A stretch of DNA of 63,971 nucleotides, the filler included, from Sluysia triapertura (taxonomy: Eukaryota): NCBI GenBank assembly GCA_046118255.1. It is 4 parts of 4 records of this genome, joined end to end, with 100 filler letters (N's around TTAATTAATTAA, not from the genome) between each part and the next. Parts side by side here need not be neighbours in the genome. Positions count along the whole stretch, not along the records: positions 12,340 to 40,265 come from JBJNIA010011095.1; 3 more parts are not named here. One strand, given 5' to 3'. Below, piece by piece: positions 26,833 to 40,025 of this stretch (position 1 is its first letter; each line of letters opens with the position of its first letter). The notes beneath the pieces are model-generated. The model saw nothing but the letters and a program-made list of their open reading frames with translations. It ran no database searches and was not told the origin of the DNA. The position numbers and the translations under genes are program-made.

Positions 26833-28433
26833 ATATAAATTATTTATATAAATAAAAATAACACATGGTTATTAAGTGTATTATCATATGAAGTAGATCT
26901 TTAAATAAGCAAGGAAAACATTTTGAATTATTTTCAAAAAAACATCCTGAAAACGAACAAATTTCTGAAATTAGAGAAATTAATATAATTAATATTAGCA
27001 AAAAAAGTCGATTAATGACATGGTGATAATGGCAATAATTAATTAGAAATCAATGAATGCAAATAAGTTATTTTTATGAAATGAGTAGTCTTCTGTTTTC
27101 TCTGAATGGAAATTCAATTAATTTAGCTATTTATAATGCAGTAAAGTTTTTATTTTTAACAATTAATTTCGTGTTTTGCATTTATTATTTTTTTGGCTAT
27201 CAGGTAAACATCTGGATCATTTAATACATTACAAAAACAATGCTACAAGTCAAAGTAGTTTTCCTAAATCAGATCGTGATGTGTTATTACAAGAATACAT
27301 AGATTCTTGTTTTATTCGATCATCCGTTACGTATGTAGTATTAATAATTTTTTTCTTGAACGTTAGCGAATTTTAAGAATTTGTTTTTATGTATCCTGTG
27401 AAGTTAAACTCGATAAATGCATACATCTGAGAAACGGTTGTACAATGTTTTAATAAAAATATAACTTTGATTATAAAAATGATAAAGTAATAAAGTTTAT
27501 ATAATTGTAATGTAATTAAAATGATGTATAATATTAAGCAGGTTATATGAAGTTGATGGAAGATAAGAATTGTAAGTAATGTGATGTATTTCTTGTGCAA
27601 GCTCCTGTTCTAAAAATATCGGTTTATTAATATTATTATTAGTTTTATTATTTTATTGGTAAATCAATAAGCAAATGCAAATGACGAAGACAGGAATCCA
27701 AAAATATTAAGGATCATATGTAAATTCCAATAAAACACGAAAAAATCCGCTAAAAAGGGATTGTATAAGCTAAACAGATACAAAGACATACTATATAAAT
27801 AAGTACATAATAGGAAAAATAATATATAGCAAAAATATATCACCAAAACGATATTATGTACTGAACTTAACTAATAAATAATACTTCAGGTCAATTACAT
27901 TAGATTATAGAAATAAATCAGTTGGAGAAATGTTGAATAGAACGAAGTTGACTATAGAAAGGATCTAAATATAATGAAAGTTAAATAATTATTGGTTATC
28001 AATTCGGAACTGTATAAAGCGGAATTTCACACAATTAATCATTACAAATTTAAGATTGTAGAGATACAAATTTACTTGGTGGAATTTGATAAATGTAGTA
28101 CTTAAGAATTAAAATAAATGAAAATCACGGATAAAGTAGAATATCATAAATAATAAATAAAATCATAATACCAAATTTTTACTGTTAATTAGAATTTTTG
28201 TTAACCTTTGTTATTTATTGCAACAATATCAAATAAATATTTAGATGTTTTACTTACAGGAAATATTAGATTACTCATCTTGAATTTAGCACTTACATCT
28301 CTGACAAGCTATAGACGAGTCAAAAGTATTCAAGTAACCAATAATCATGGAATAATAGTTATAAATATCATGGCAAATCAATGTCATAAATTAAAATCAA
28401 GAGAATAAAGTTAAACATTAAATTTTTTAAATA

Positions 28434-28495
<62 letters not shown>

Positions 28496-29523
28496 TTTTA
28501 AGTTGATACACATTGTAACCAAGATTTTTTATTCATTTATATTTGTATTATAATCCTAAATTTTTAGTCGTATTTTTTCGTGATTACTTTTAACTCACCT
28601 TTCCTTAGACAAAGATATAAATGCAATTTGTAAATACTTCTTATATTCTACAAAAAGAAAAAATAAACATATTAATAATTAATTTATAGTGTTTTAGGAA
28701 ATTTATGCAAATGATACCAATGCTAGACTTAAAAGGAATTTACTTTTAGGCAGTTTATAATATTTAATTTATTCTACCTCTTTTAAATGCTACACTTAAT
28801 ACGATAATTAATACGATCAGACATGTTCATTCAAAGTTCCACTAAATTGAAAATCAATCTATTAGCTAAACCAAAACGGTAATCGTTTTATTGAGTTTTT
28901 TTTACCGATTTTTAATATTGTGAAATGCCATGCAATTTTTTCTCATTTAAAATTTTATTTTAAAGGTGCTATTTAGAAATATTTTAAGGATCGTTGTTTC
29001 ATCGAAATGTAATTTAAAGATTTGAAAATGAAATAACATTCTCAATAAAATTTAGTCCTTACATCAGCATCATTATCATCATCAAAGATATTTCTACTAA
29101 AAGTAGCCCACTCTGCTAAAATGATTCCCGAAACTTTCTACTAAGTTTTTAGTTTCTCATTTTATTTTGATTAATGATTTTAATTTGAATTCTTACATTT
29201 GATATTGCCATGAGTAACTTTTCTTATTGTTTCTTGACATTTAATAATCTTTAAAATTGTTTTGATTCTCTCTATCTTTCAACGATCAAGAAAACTTCAA
29301 ACTGTCTTGAGCAATATAACCACAAATTTTGTTTTCAATGATTTCCATTCTTATTTTCAAATAAGAAATTCGTTATATATATAAATAATATATGTAAAAT
29401 TTTTATATAATAGTGTTCAAAGAAAAATATAAAAATTAAACATAACTTATAAAAAAACAAATTTGATATTGTAAACCCATACAATTTATTGTAGCGATCA
29501 ATATTATATTTAATATTTTATAA

Positions 29524-30807
29524 TTACATTAGAAATTTACTAACTGGTGTTACCGATCTAGATTCAGAAAAGTCAGTTCCTGACATGTCATTCAAATCAC
29601 ATAATTTGTTAGAAGCATCACTCCCTCTACCTTTGCCAGCATCATCACTATTAATATCGTTATACTTTACATGAACACCCTGTTCGGTAGGAAATAAAAC
29701 CGCAAACTGAGATCGTTCTTTAACAATATATTCTTCATAATTTATTGACGAAGTAACAGAACTTGTTGCACAATTATCGTCCTCTTCGTCTATTTGAGTC
29801 ATAGAATGAGTATCATAAGCATCAAATGACATTCCACCAACTTGAGTTGATTGAGTCTGTTGTTGAGATGTACTAACTGAATTAATACTTTCTGGCCCAT
29901 ATAAAGGTGAATTCATTTCGTCATTCTGTGGTTTACATCGAAAACAATTAATAAAACCTTTTCTAAAAGACTTAAAAAACATTAAAGTTATCAAAAATGG
30001 AATTAATGAAAAATAACAACGCAAAATATAGAAATGAAACTGATATTCTGGCAATAACTTATTAGCATATAATGTAATCAAATATGGTGAAAACGCACCG
30101 ATCCATAAACAATGTAAAATGAAAGAATAAACACCAAGACGAATTTCTTTTTTTAAAAATTTTGGTTTACCTGCTCCAGTTATATTCAATAAATTCCGTT
30201 GTTGCACTATTAATTTGAGCACAGTTACGTAAATAGAAAATGAAATTAAACAAGGTGCCAATAATAACATTATAAATAAACTCAAAGAATACCCAATATA
30301 TTCATTGAAACTAGGAACACAAGTAAAAGTACTATTCAGATACTTTGAAGGAATTTTTAATATTAGTGGTATACAAAAACAAGCTGATATCAACCATATG
30401 ATAACTAATGATAAAATAATAATTTTTGTTTGACTAAATAAACTTCTAGATTTCTTATTAATCACTGCCATGATAGCGGCCAAACGATCAATTGATAATA
30501 ACAACAATGTTACTGATAAACAAATCGTTGTAAAAGTGATCACAAAAGACTGTGAAAGACAAATTGGATCATTTATACTAACATATTCATTCTTTGAAGC
30601 CCATATTAAATTGATTATTTGTACAAAACCAGAATCAATTAAGATCATAAACAAAAAATTAATCAATAACTTAAAATGAGACTGTTTTCTTAATTTAATA
30701 TTGTAAAATAATATTCCTAAATGAATACTGTTTAGTAATAAAGATAAGAAAACATCACAAACAGTTAAACCAATAAATAGATATTCTTGACTTGTTAGAT
30801 TTGTATT
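29524..30807 (-). CDS. Orphan rhodopsin-class (class A) GPCR, main coding exon; upstream start exon not identified
   Basis: Seven hydrophobic segments once the frame is extended to the ttttag acceptor at 30807 (TM1 ...LSLLLNSIHLGILF, then KLRK). Also C3.25, SIDRL (DRY-like), TM4 IWLIS...P, ECL2 Cys, TM5 Pro, TM6 LW...SPY and helix-8 FRKGF. Confidence 0.85.
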   Translation of the reverse strand, partial: NTNLTSQEYLFIGLTVCDVFLSLLLNSIHLGILFYNIKLRKQSHFKLLINFLFMILIDSGFVQIINLIWASKNEYVSINDPICLSQSFVITFTTICLSVTLLLLSIDRLAAIMAVINKKSRSLFSQTKIIILSLVIIWLISACFCIPLILKIPSKYLNSTFTCVPSFNEYIGYSLSLFIMLLLAPCLISFSIYVTVLKLIVQQRNLLNITGAGKPKFLKKEIRLGVYSFILHCLWIGAFSPYLITLYANKLLPEYQFHFYILRCYFSLIPFLITLMFFKSFRKGFINCFRCKPQNDEMNSPLYGPESINSVSTSQQQTQSTQVGGMSFDAYDTHSMTQIDEEDDNCATSSVTSSINYEEYIVKERSQFAVLFPTEQGVHVKYNDINSDDAGKGRGSDASNKLCDLNDMSGTDFSESRSVTPVSKFLM

Positions 30808-31607
30808 CTAAAAGTAAAATATAAATTATGCATTAATAAAATATTTTTAATTATAGTAATAAAAAGATAAAAATTAAATATGTTCGATTTATATCCCATG
30901 TTATCAAAATGAATTCATATATTCAAACAAAGTTACATTTGGATAAATAATATAAATCAAAATTTTGTGCAATCTATTTAAATATGTAAATATTTTTATA
31001 ATTGGCGAGATAGTTTTTTTAATAAACACCACTTTGTAATATGCGATAAAAATGGATTAAGTATGACATGGTTATCTAAATATGAATCTTATAAAATGTA
31101 TCTAAATTTGAAATATATCAAAAGAAATTAATGGTTATTTTTTGACGACAATGAGATATTATTGTAAGCAGGAATTGCCTAAAAATATGTCCTAAAATAA
31201 GCAGGCAAAGTATTTATTTTAATTAAGGTCTAAATCTGCATATCATATGGAAAATGTTAGCGAGAAAATTTGAATAAAAGATAATTACAGAATTGTGTTG
31301 AGAAATATTTACTAAAGTTATAAGGTACATTTGTTTGTGTTATTGCTACTTATGAATTAATTACTTATATATGGCTAAATATCTAGGTTTTTTATCAGAT
31401 AATTCTTATTTCTTAGTGGGGTGCGTACGTCATTCTCAAAATTCGGATATAATTTAATATGTTTAAATTGGTTAGATAAAAACATGATAATTAAAATCGA
31501 TTTATACATTAAAAGGGTAACTGGTGTAAAAATAAGCACTTTATCAAATAACAGTTTAAAAATCGATAAGGTTTGTTAAATAAATGGCGGTAATTTACAA
31601 ACTTGAG

Positions 31608-31639
<32 letters not shown>

Positions 31640-33526
31640 AAACGATTAATATATAATCGATATTCGCAATTTAATGAAAAGTTACGAAGAACATATTAAA
31701 ATATCTTTCAAAAATTTTACGTATATTTTACGACAATTGAAATCGCTTAATTAAAATTAACTAACGATTATTTAAAGATTTTGAATAAATTCTCGGCAAC
31801 AATAGAACACGAATATAAACGATTAGTAATTATGAATTAGAAACGGAAAAAGGAAACAGAGCATTGAATGTGAAAACATCTAGAACCTAATAAACTGCTA
31901 AATAAACTGCTAACTTTAGAATCTTAGTAAAACCTTTAAACATAAAATAAGATTAAGTCTAAAAAATAAGAAAAATTACGTTTTTGTGAATAACGTTTGA
32001 ATGAGGAAGGCTATGTAGAATTCGAAACTGTATATGGATTTGTTTTAAAAAGACCTTTTGATGACCGATTCTTGCAAGGAAAGCCTTAATATTGAGCAAA
32101 GTCAAATTTTTATTAATTTTTAATTATGCAATGTTGAATTTTTTATACTTAGAATGATGAAAACATAATGAATTAAATATGATATGATGTTTTTAGAGTG
32201 GCTTGTTTGAGAATATGAAATTTAAATATTTTTAATTAGAAAATTGGGTGTGAAAAATCTAAAATCAATTAAATTCTTAAAAGTGAAATTAAATTCATTA
32301 TTTTTATGTATGTTAACAATATTGTGGTTGTTATTTTAATGTGAAAAGTGATTTAAATAAAAACAGATTAAGTATAATACGTTTTGTAATTAATAATAAT
32401 AGCAAATTAATATCGCTTAATCTATTTAACTAAACCTCAATAATTAATGACTAAATTCAATCTAAAATTACCACAATTTTCTTTATTTCGATGATGTTAT
32501 TTGCTCAACAGAAAGATTAAAATTAAATAAAAAACAACAATTCAATAATTTAATGATTACAAAAAAATCAATTACTGTTATAAGTATTTACTAAACAACA
32601 ATAAAATCACTAAAACTACAGGATTAACAATAACCTTTATAATAGTATCAATGACATGACAGTCTGAATGAAGAAACCAGGAGTGATGCAACAAATACTA
32701 AAAATATCGATATCGAGAAAGTGTAAAATAGTAATATTGCTTAAATATTTTCAGATCATCTTAACCTAATTTGGCAGGGATCCTCCCAAAAATCAAATTT
32801 ATCAATTTCTTATAAAAAGATGAAAATAACAACAATATTATTAAAATATTTCAAAGTAACTTTATTTTATTATATTATTGAATTATTGTTATTAATTTAA
32901 ATTGGGTTGAATAAACACCATTGCTAAAATAACAAAATTTGTGATAATGTATGCTTGATCTAGTGAGTATTGAAATTATTGAAATTCTATTTAAGTAAAT
33001 TGAACTTATATTGATTTACTGTTAATAATAAAATCAAAGACGCAACAATTACATAGATAAAAAAGAAGTTAAATTTGGAACAATAAATCCAGAAAAGATT
33101 CAACAATCACAACAACGCTTGTACACAATAAAATTATAATACAGGATTGAAATAAAAGGATTCTCGACCTTGTTAACTCAGTAGTTCTAATACACTTTGG
33201 AAAATAATTATTTCCATAATTTTCGGCATAAATCTATAGAGAAAACACTAATCTCCTATATATACTAACACAGACATTAGGTTAATGTTTTATAAGTTTA
33301 CATCGTTTTAAATAGGCTTAAAATACTGCTGTATTTTGTATATAATTGATCAGCAGTATTTTAAATAGCTGGATAAAATCTGCATCAAATAAGCCTCAAT
33401 ATTAATAATAATTATTAGGAATAAACCTTTTAAATTCTAAAACCAAACAAATTGGTTTCTTGGTTTGTGCTATAATCCTTTTATAATTATGATTGAAATA
33501 TTTATTAATTTGTTGATTAATTTGAG

Positions 33527-34085
33527 TTGACATTACATTTATTTAAAACGCCATCAATGAAAAGAGCAGATGGTGTAGGAAATAAAACCAGCTTGGGATC
33601 TATTGAACAAGTTTTACATGATGAGATCATACATCTCGGAATACGAAAGATGAAAATTACTCGAGGATTTATTCATGACAAGATAATTGCCTTAGGAAAA
33701 GAATTAAATATTGAGCTAAAGGCTACTGGAAACTGGGAAACCAGATTCATGAAAAGAAACGGTCTCAGTCTTAGATGTACCAGCAATTTGGCCACTTTAA
33801 CAGACACTGTGATTTGTTTGTACGTGATGTGTGATGTAGGTTTCATAAAAGATTTGAATTAGCGCATTGTGCAATTAAATATTTAAAAAACTTTGATGAT
33901 GGACGAAGGAGCAGTTATGTGGGATTCTATAACAAATACTGTAGACTCAATTAGCGAACATCACGTCATTATGAAATCAACTGGATTTAGTTCAATTCGA
34001 GTTACAGCAATAATTTCTGTTTGGGCAGATGGTAAAAAGGCAATTCAATTGGTAATACATAAAGGCAAGCATGAAGGCATCACTT
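33527..34085 (+). mobile_element. pogo-family transposase fragment (CENP-B-type HTH plus start of DDE), truncated
   Basis: EQVLHDEI...ITRGFI...KATGNWETRFMKRNGLSLR, then MDEGAVMWD...VIMKSTG...RVTAIISVWADGKK...VIHKGK. Confidence 0.85.
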
Positions 34086-34157
34086 CTGAACAAAATGAGA
34101 CGAAGATCCAAACTTTACTAAACTTATATCATATTGATTTGATTCAAACTACGAAGA

Positions 34158-36235
34158 TTGAAAGGGAAAAAGAATCAAAAAACGGAAGATCCAACAAATA
34201 TAATGACACAATTATTCGGCAATAACGGTATCATATTAAATAATGCAATACCAAGGATAGGCAATTCGACAAATAATATGCTGTTTATCATAATACTATT
34301 AGCAATGTTCGGCATAAATAGAACTAATGCAATAAAGGCATTTGACTGTAGCCAGTAACAAATAGGCAGAAAAATTTCATTAATGGACACAGAAGATTGT
34401 CTTGAATAAAGGCCAAATAAAATACAGGTAAAAGATACTAAAATAATGAATGTTTACCAAGAAGGTAATCTAATAACGACTATAATAAAGGAGTGTTAAC
34501 GATCAGTTGCAATCTGGTATTGCGGTCACCGTAGCTATTCATCAATAATAGAATTATCTAATGTACTTAAACCATTTAAGATACTACCTAAACAATGCAG
34601 AAATGCGTTTGAGACCGGCTGTATAAGTCTAACAAAGGGAGAAAAATTGAAAATATGAAATAATGAAAAGATAATTTATAGTATAAGAACCGCCGGAAAT
34701 GTACTAAGAGATGGGGCATGTGAACAAGGAACGATAGAATATGAAGGATAAATCTATCACAATGTTGTCGTACAGGAGACATACGTAGTTAGTTTGAAAT
34801 CATTTAACAAGAGTTTTGATATAGAAAAAAGTACGATGATGTCGCGATCATATTGCAGAAGTGATGAAACCAATTGCGACACTGGAGAATCAATACTAAT
34901 TTTCGAATTTCAATGTCCACTAATATTTCTTAAACAAATAAAATTTAATGTAATATCAGGATTTTTGTATCAAGATAAAGACGAATACCCATTAGAAGAA
35001 ATAAATAAAAATTCTGACCATATACAAAGAAAAAGATTAGATGAAGTCGAAACATCGGCAATACCAATGGCCAGTAGGGAAGAAGATGGTTTAATTTTTA
35101 TTTCAAAGGAACAATAATCCGCTGTGGAAAAGAAATAACAACCAAGGAATTTATCTCTCAGAGAAAATAATTCAAAAAGCTAAGAAAGGCGTTGATACTA
35201 AAAATATAAAATTAAATGCCTATTTTAACAACAAAATCGATTTCTATTACCATTTAGGTTTGATTTCGCTAGAAAAAATTTATCAAATTATGGTTATTCG
35301 GGATTGTCAATTAAACAAAGAAATTTTACGCACAAAATTGGCAATAGCTACTAAAAATCCAGACTTAGTCGCACCATTAGAAGAAGGAGTTTTCGGTCGA
35401 CTAGTGGGAGAAGTATTATACACGTACAGATGTAAAAAGATGGAAGTACAGTTAAAGTCAACTACCGAATGCATAAATGAATTACCTATATAATACGGTG
35501 AAACAGAAACACACCTCGAACCAGTAACCAGAGTAATCTTTCAAAATAATAAAGTCAAACCAAAATTAATGCACTCCTCTAATGTCATGGCAGCGGAATA
35601 TAGAATCGATGATAATTTATGGATATCCTTGCCTCACAGAAGCCAGGTAAAACTCTAGAAATAATAGGATTAACTGAATTAAAGGGAAAACTAAAATTTT
35701 TAGCTACAAAAAACATACCAAATTCTGGAATTTATACGAATGACGATATGCAAGCAGCCTGGCGGAAGGTACTATTCCCAATAAAAAGGTTAAAAATATA
35801 ACTGAAATTGTAGATAAAGCAACGATTTACTATTGGGACCCGATCATTTTAAAAGAGCTGCACAAGATACACTAAAACAGATATGGGGAAAAATTTTAAT
35901 ATTAGGACAAGCATTTTCTGGATTAATAGGAATATATAATAATTAAGGTAATAGCATTGATAATTTCTCAAGCTTTTTCAGTAGTCGGAATTTATAAAAT
36001 CTCAGAATTTACGTGGAAATTAATAATTGGACGTTTTCCATTCCTTGCAGAATACCTCTTGCACCACCATGAAAATGCTCAAATAAATGTATTAAGAAAA
36101 GAAAGACAATATACAGAAGAAGGACAACAATTACAAACATTGCAAAACAGTGATAATGAGGAAATAGTAGAAAATCAAAAATGCATTGAAATTCAGGAAA
36201 ACATAGAAACAACTAAAGAGAATAAGAAAAGATGA
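34158..36235 (+). pseudogene. Decayed envelope glycoprotein, class III fusion type (chuvirus G / herpes gB-like), part of the Ty3/Gypsy element
   Basis: Read through stops: signal peptide MLFIIILLAMFGINRTNA, AFDC, ISLMDTEDC, WYCGHRSYSS, QCRNAFETG, GACEQG, NVVVQ, YFNNKIDFYY, RDCQLNKEIL, GEVLYTYRC..MEV...ECINELPI, LEPVTRVI, GIYTNDD and C-terminal hydrophobic segments. Family assigned by motif recognition, not a database search. Confidence 0.85.
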
Positions 36236-39200
36236 CTATATCCTATTACTCCAACATCATCACCCAATGTAATCTATATGATATGCTCTAATAACAATTA
36301 TAATGGATCAAAGAGACCAAGAATAAATGCTAGAAAAAGGGTAGAATAAACAGCACTAAGTGATACAGGAACAGTAGCCTCCTTAATCAACGAAAACGTC
36401 TTAAATAAAGATGAATTAAAAAATTTAACTAATCATACCTCTCGTCTTTCAGGAGTTACAGGCGATGCAATTAATATAACTGGGGTAATGCGAATTAGGA
36501 CAAAATAGATTAGAAATTAAATTAAGAGTTATGAAAAATGTCCAGAAGAAATGATAGTGAGAATAGACATTTTGTCTCAGTTAAAAAGAGTAACATTAGA
36601 TTTCGACCAAGTAAAATTAATGGATAGTGGATCAAAAAGAATTATTGATGATGATGACGTATACGTAGATGAACCAATCTGGTTAGTAAAAAGAAGTGAA
36701 TATATTGCAGGTCAAGACAAACAGTCTATTAACCGGAAATATCATGTTTATTACATCAGAGATTAATCAAGAGAAGTTAGATATAGGAATAGCTAGTGCA
36801 GTGTAAAATAATTGCGAAGAGAAAATACCCGTTAGGATTATAAACTACACAAATGACAATAAATGGCTTTATATAGGGACAAAATTAGGAAAAATAGTTA
36901 AATATACAATACCAGCACATATTAACTTAATTTCGGAAAATAAAAGTAAAAAACGATAAAAAGTAACATAAAATTACAACATGAGATACAAGACGAAGAC
37001 TATGGCGAAATATAAATTATTAATAAGAATTTAACTAGGAATCAGACAGATCAGTTATATAGTATCAAGAGAAATAGCGAGAAATAAGTGCGACATTGGA
37101 GATTCTGTAATAATAAAACACTAGATAGCGCTAATAATAGATAAAGTAATCCGAAAAAGCCATACAGAGTACCGATATGTAATCAAAAGGAGATGCAAGA
37201 ACAAATAGATACTATGAAAAAATCCGGAGTGATAAGACCAAGCATCTCACCTTTCTCATCTCCAGTTTTATTAGTTAAGAAAAAAGATAGTACAATGAGA
37301 TTTTGTATAGATTTTAGAGAATTAAACAAGGTACCAAGAAAAGACATATTTTCTTTACCAAGAATAGATGAAATGTTGGACGAATTAGGAAACTCCACAA
37401 ACTTTACAACTGTTGATCTACAAAGCGGTTATTGGCAAATCGAAATCGCTGAAAAAGATAAACATAAAACCGCACCTGCAACTTTCCAAAGGTGCATGAA
37501 TTTCGTACTATCAGGATGTAAAATGTTATGGTATACAAAGATTTCGAACCACTTATAAAAGATATTGACAATATTCTAAATAGACTGGAAATAGCTAAGT
37601 TGAAAATTAAACCAACAAAATGCGTTTGGGCTGAGAAAAAAGTCGAGTTTTTAGGACACATAATGTCAAAAGATGGAATAAAGCCCAATTCGAGAAACAT
37701 AGAAAAATTAGTAAAATTTCCACAACCCGATAATGTAAAAAAGATTCAATGTTTTTTAGGATTAGCTAATTACTAGAGAAGATTTGTTAAAAATTTTGCT
37801 AAGATAGCACAACCACTCAGGAAGTTAACACGAAAAAATGTCGAATTTAAGTGGACTAATGAACAAACTAAAGCGTTTAAGGAATTGAAAGAACGACTAA
37901 CTACGGCACCAATACTAATTTTTCCAGATATTAATAAACCATTTATATTGACTACTGGTGTTATTGATGTAATCTTAGGACAGAAAGACAAAAACAATTT
38001 AGAAGCAATAATTGCGTACGCTAGTCGACGACTAAATAAGGCCGAGATGAATTATTCGACCACTAAAAGAGAATGTTTGGCTATTGTACACGCATACAAA
38101 TTATTTAGGCATTATTTATTAGGACAGATAGTTTATTTATATACTGATATCAAGCGGCTGACCTATTTGTATAATCACAAGGAGGAGATCAGCAGATTAA
38201 ACAGATGGTTTAATAAATTAGCAGAGTATAATAATGGTGCAGATTGTATGTCACGCTTAACTAATGTAGATGATAAAGGAAATATTAATTATATACAAAT
38301 AATGTCAATATCAGAGAAGATAAAGATACCGCTTATATTATAGATTCATTAGCGAAGGAAACCTTAATTGAAAGTCAAGCAATCACTGATGGAATGCTTA
38401 GATTTAGAAATTCAAAAGATGAATGGAAAACAGTTGTCCCTAAATCATTAGTAACACAAATATTAATACAATTTCATGATGGACATCTGTCTAAGAGAAA
38501 AACACTATCCAGAATAAAAGACAAGTATTATTGGGAAGATATGGAAGATGATATTACAAATTGTTGTAAAAATTGTTCAATATACTACAGGAGAAAAAAT
38601 ACGGGAACAGGGTCAAATGTACCATTAAAACCTATGCCTGTACCAATGCCACCAATGGAATTCACATAAATGGACATAATGGGACCACTATCGGAAACCA
38701 TTAATGGAAATAAATATATTATTGTGTTTGCTGATTATCTAACAAAGGCAGAAACTGTAGCACAAATACTTGTGAAGAAAATAATTTATAGATATGGTAC
38801 ACCAAGGAAATTATTGACGGATCAAGGTAAAAATTTTACAAGCGATATAATTAAATCAGTAGCAAAAATATTTAACATTCTTAGAATCTAAATATTACCT
38901 TATCATCCACATACAGATTGATTAGTTGAACAATTCAATCGGACACGAATAAATATGTTACAATCATATATTAATGATAGACAATCCTACTGGCACTTAT
39001 ATTGCACCATGTTTATTCTCTTATAGAAGTTTGGTACATCCAGCTACGAATTTCACACCATTTTATTTGATGTATGGACGACATTCTAATATGCCTGTAG
39101 ACTTAGAATGGATACCACCAATGACATAATACGTGGAAACACCAGAGTACGTGACAGTAATGCATGGAAGCGTGCTGGCTTACAAATAAAGTTTTCACAA

Positions 39201-39430
39201 GAAACATATAAAGATACATATGATAAAAAAGCTAAAGAGCACAATTTTCAAATCGGTAACAAAGTACTTATTGAATATCATTTAGCTAAACCTGGACAAT
39301 CACCAAAATTACATAAGCCATTTAAGGGACCATATAAAGTGATAAAAATTACTGATACTAATTTATTTGTTGAAAATGGATTCAAAAACATTCATAATAC
39401 ATGCAAAAGTATAAATTGCACCAAATAATG
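36236..39430 (+). mobile_element. Decayed Ty3/Gypsy pol: protease, dUTPase-like spacer, RT, RNase H, integrase
   Basis: Protease ALSDTG (36362). RT IRPSISPFSSPVLLVKKKD..MRFCIDFRELN, DLQSGYWQI, PATFQR, FLGH, FLGLANY. RNase H AYASRRLNKAEMNYSTTKRECLAIV. Integrase HD-GH...C, MDIMGPL, LTDQGKNF, GPY. RT-RH-IN order is the Gypsy order. Many stops, frameshifts and deletions. Confidence 0.95.
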
Positions 39431-39543
39431 AATATAAGTTAAAAAATAGGACATTTACCAAATCACTATTAAAAGCTAAACCGAAAATTAAAGATCGTGA
39501 TAAACCACCATCAATACAATCATTAATTGATAAACAAGTAATA

Positions 39544-39870
39544 TTGATGTTTAATGTATCAACTGGAATACGAACGCATATTTTTCAAAATGTGTATTTT
39601 AATGGTAGATGGATCCGAGCTGTTATAGATACCAGGGCTACCACGTCTGTAATACATTATAATTTTTTAACTACATGGGAACTTGTATTTATAGATCCAC
39701 CACAAACAATAATGTTCATCGAGCACCAATAAATATGAATGGAATAATACATGCACATTTAGATATATTAGACAAACGAGTAGATGAGTATATTTAGGTT
39801 TGAGAAGAATTTCCTTTCGATTTAATAATTGGTTTAGATATACTTGACAAATTAGATGACATAGTTATAC
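39544..39870 (+). pseudogene. Second retropepsin-like aspartic protease downstream of integrase
   Basis: VYFNGRWIRAVIDTRATTSVI (DTG to DTR by one base, 39628-39636); after a frameshift, FPFDLIIGLDIL at 39819. Confidence 0.75.
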
Positions 39871-40025
39871 ATAGTAAATACGGTCTTATGAATTTTCACA
39901 TGGTGCACAATTACTAATTCCACATGTTGTTGTTCCATTTCTTCATAATGACATCACTCTGATATATCCAAACACCTGATCTTGAATCTAATAATCCAGC
40001 ATCGCCACCTGGCCGATTATCTGAT

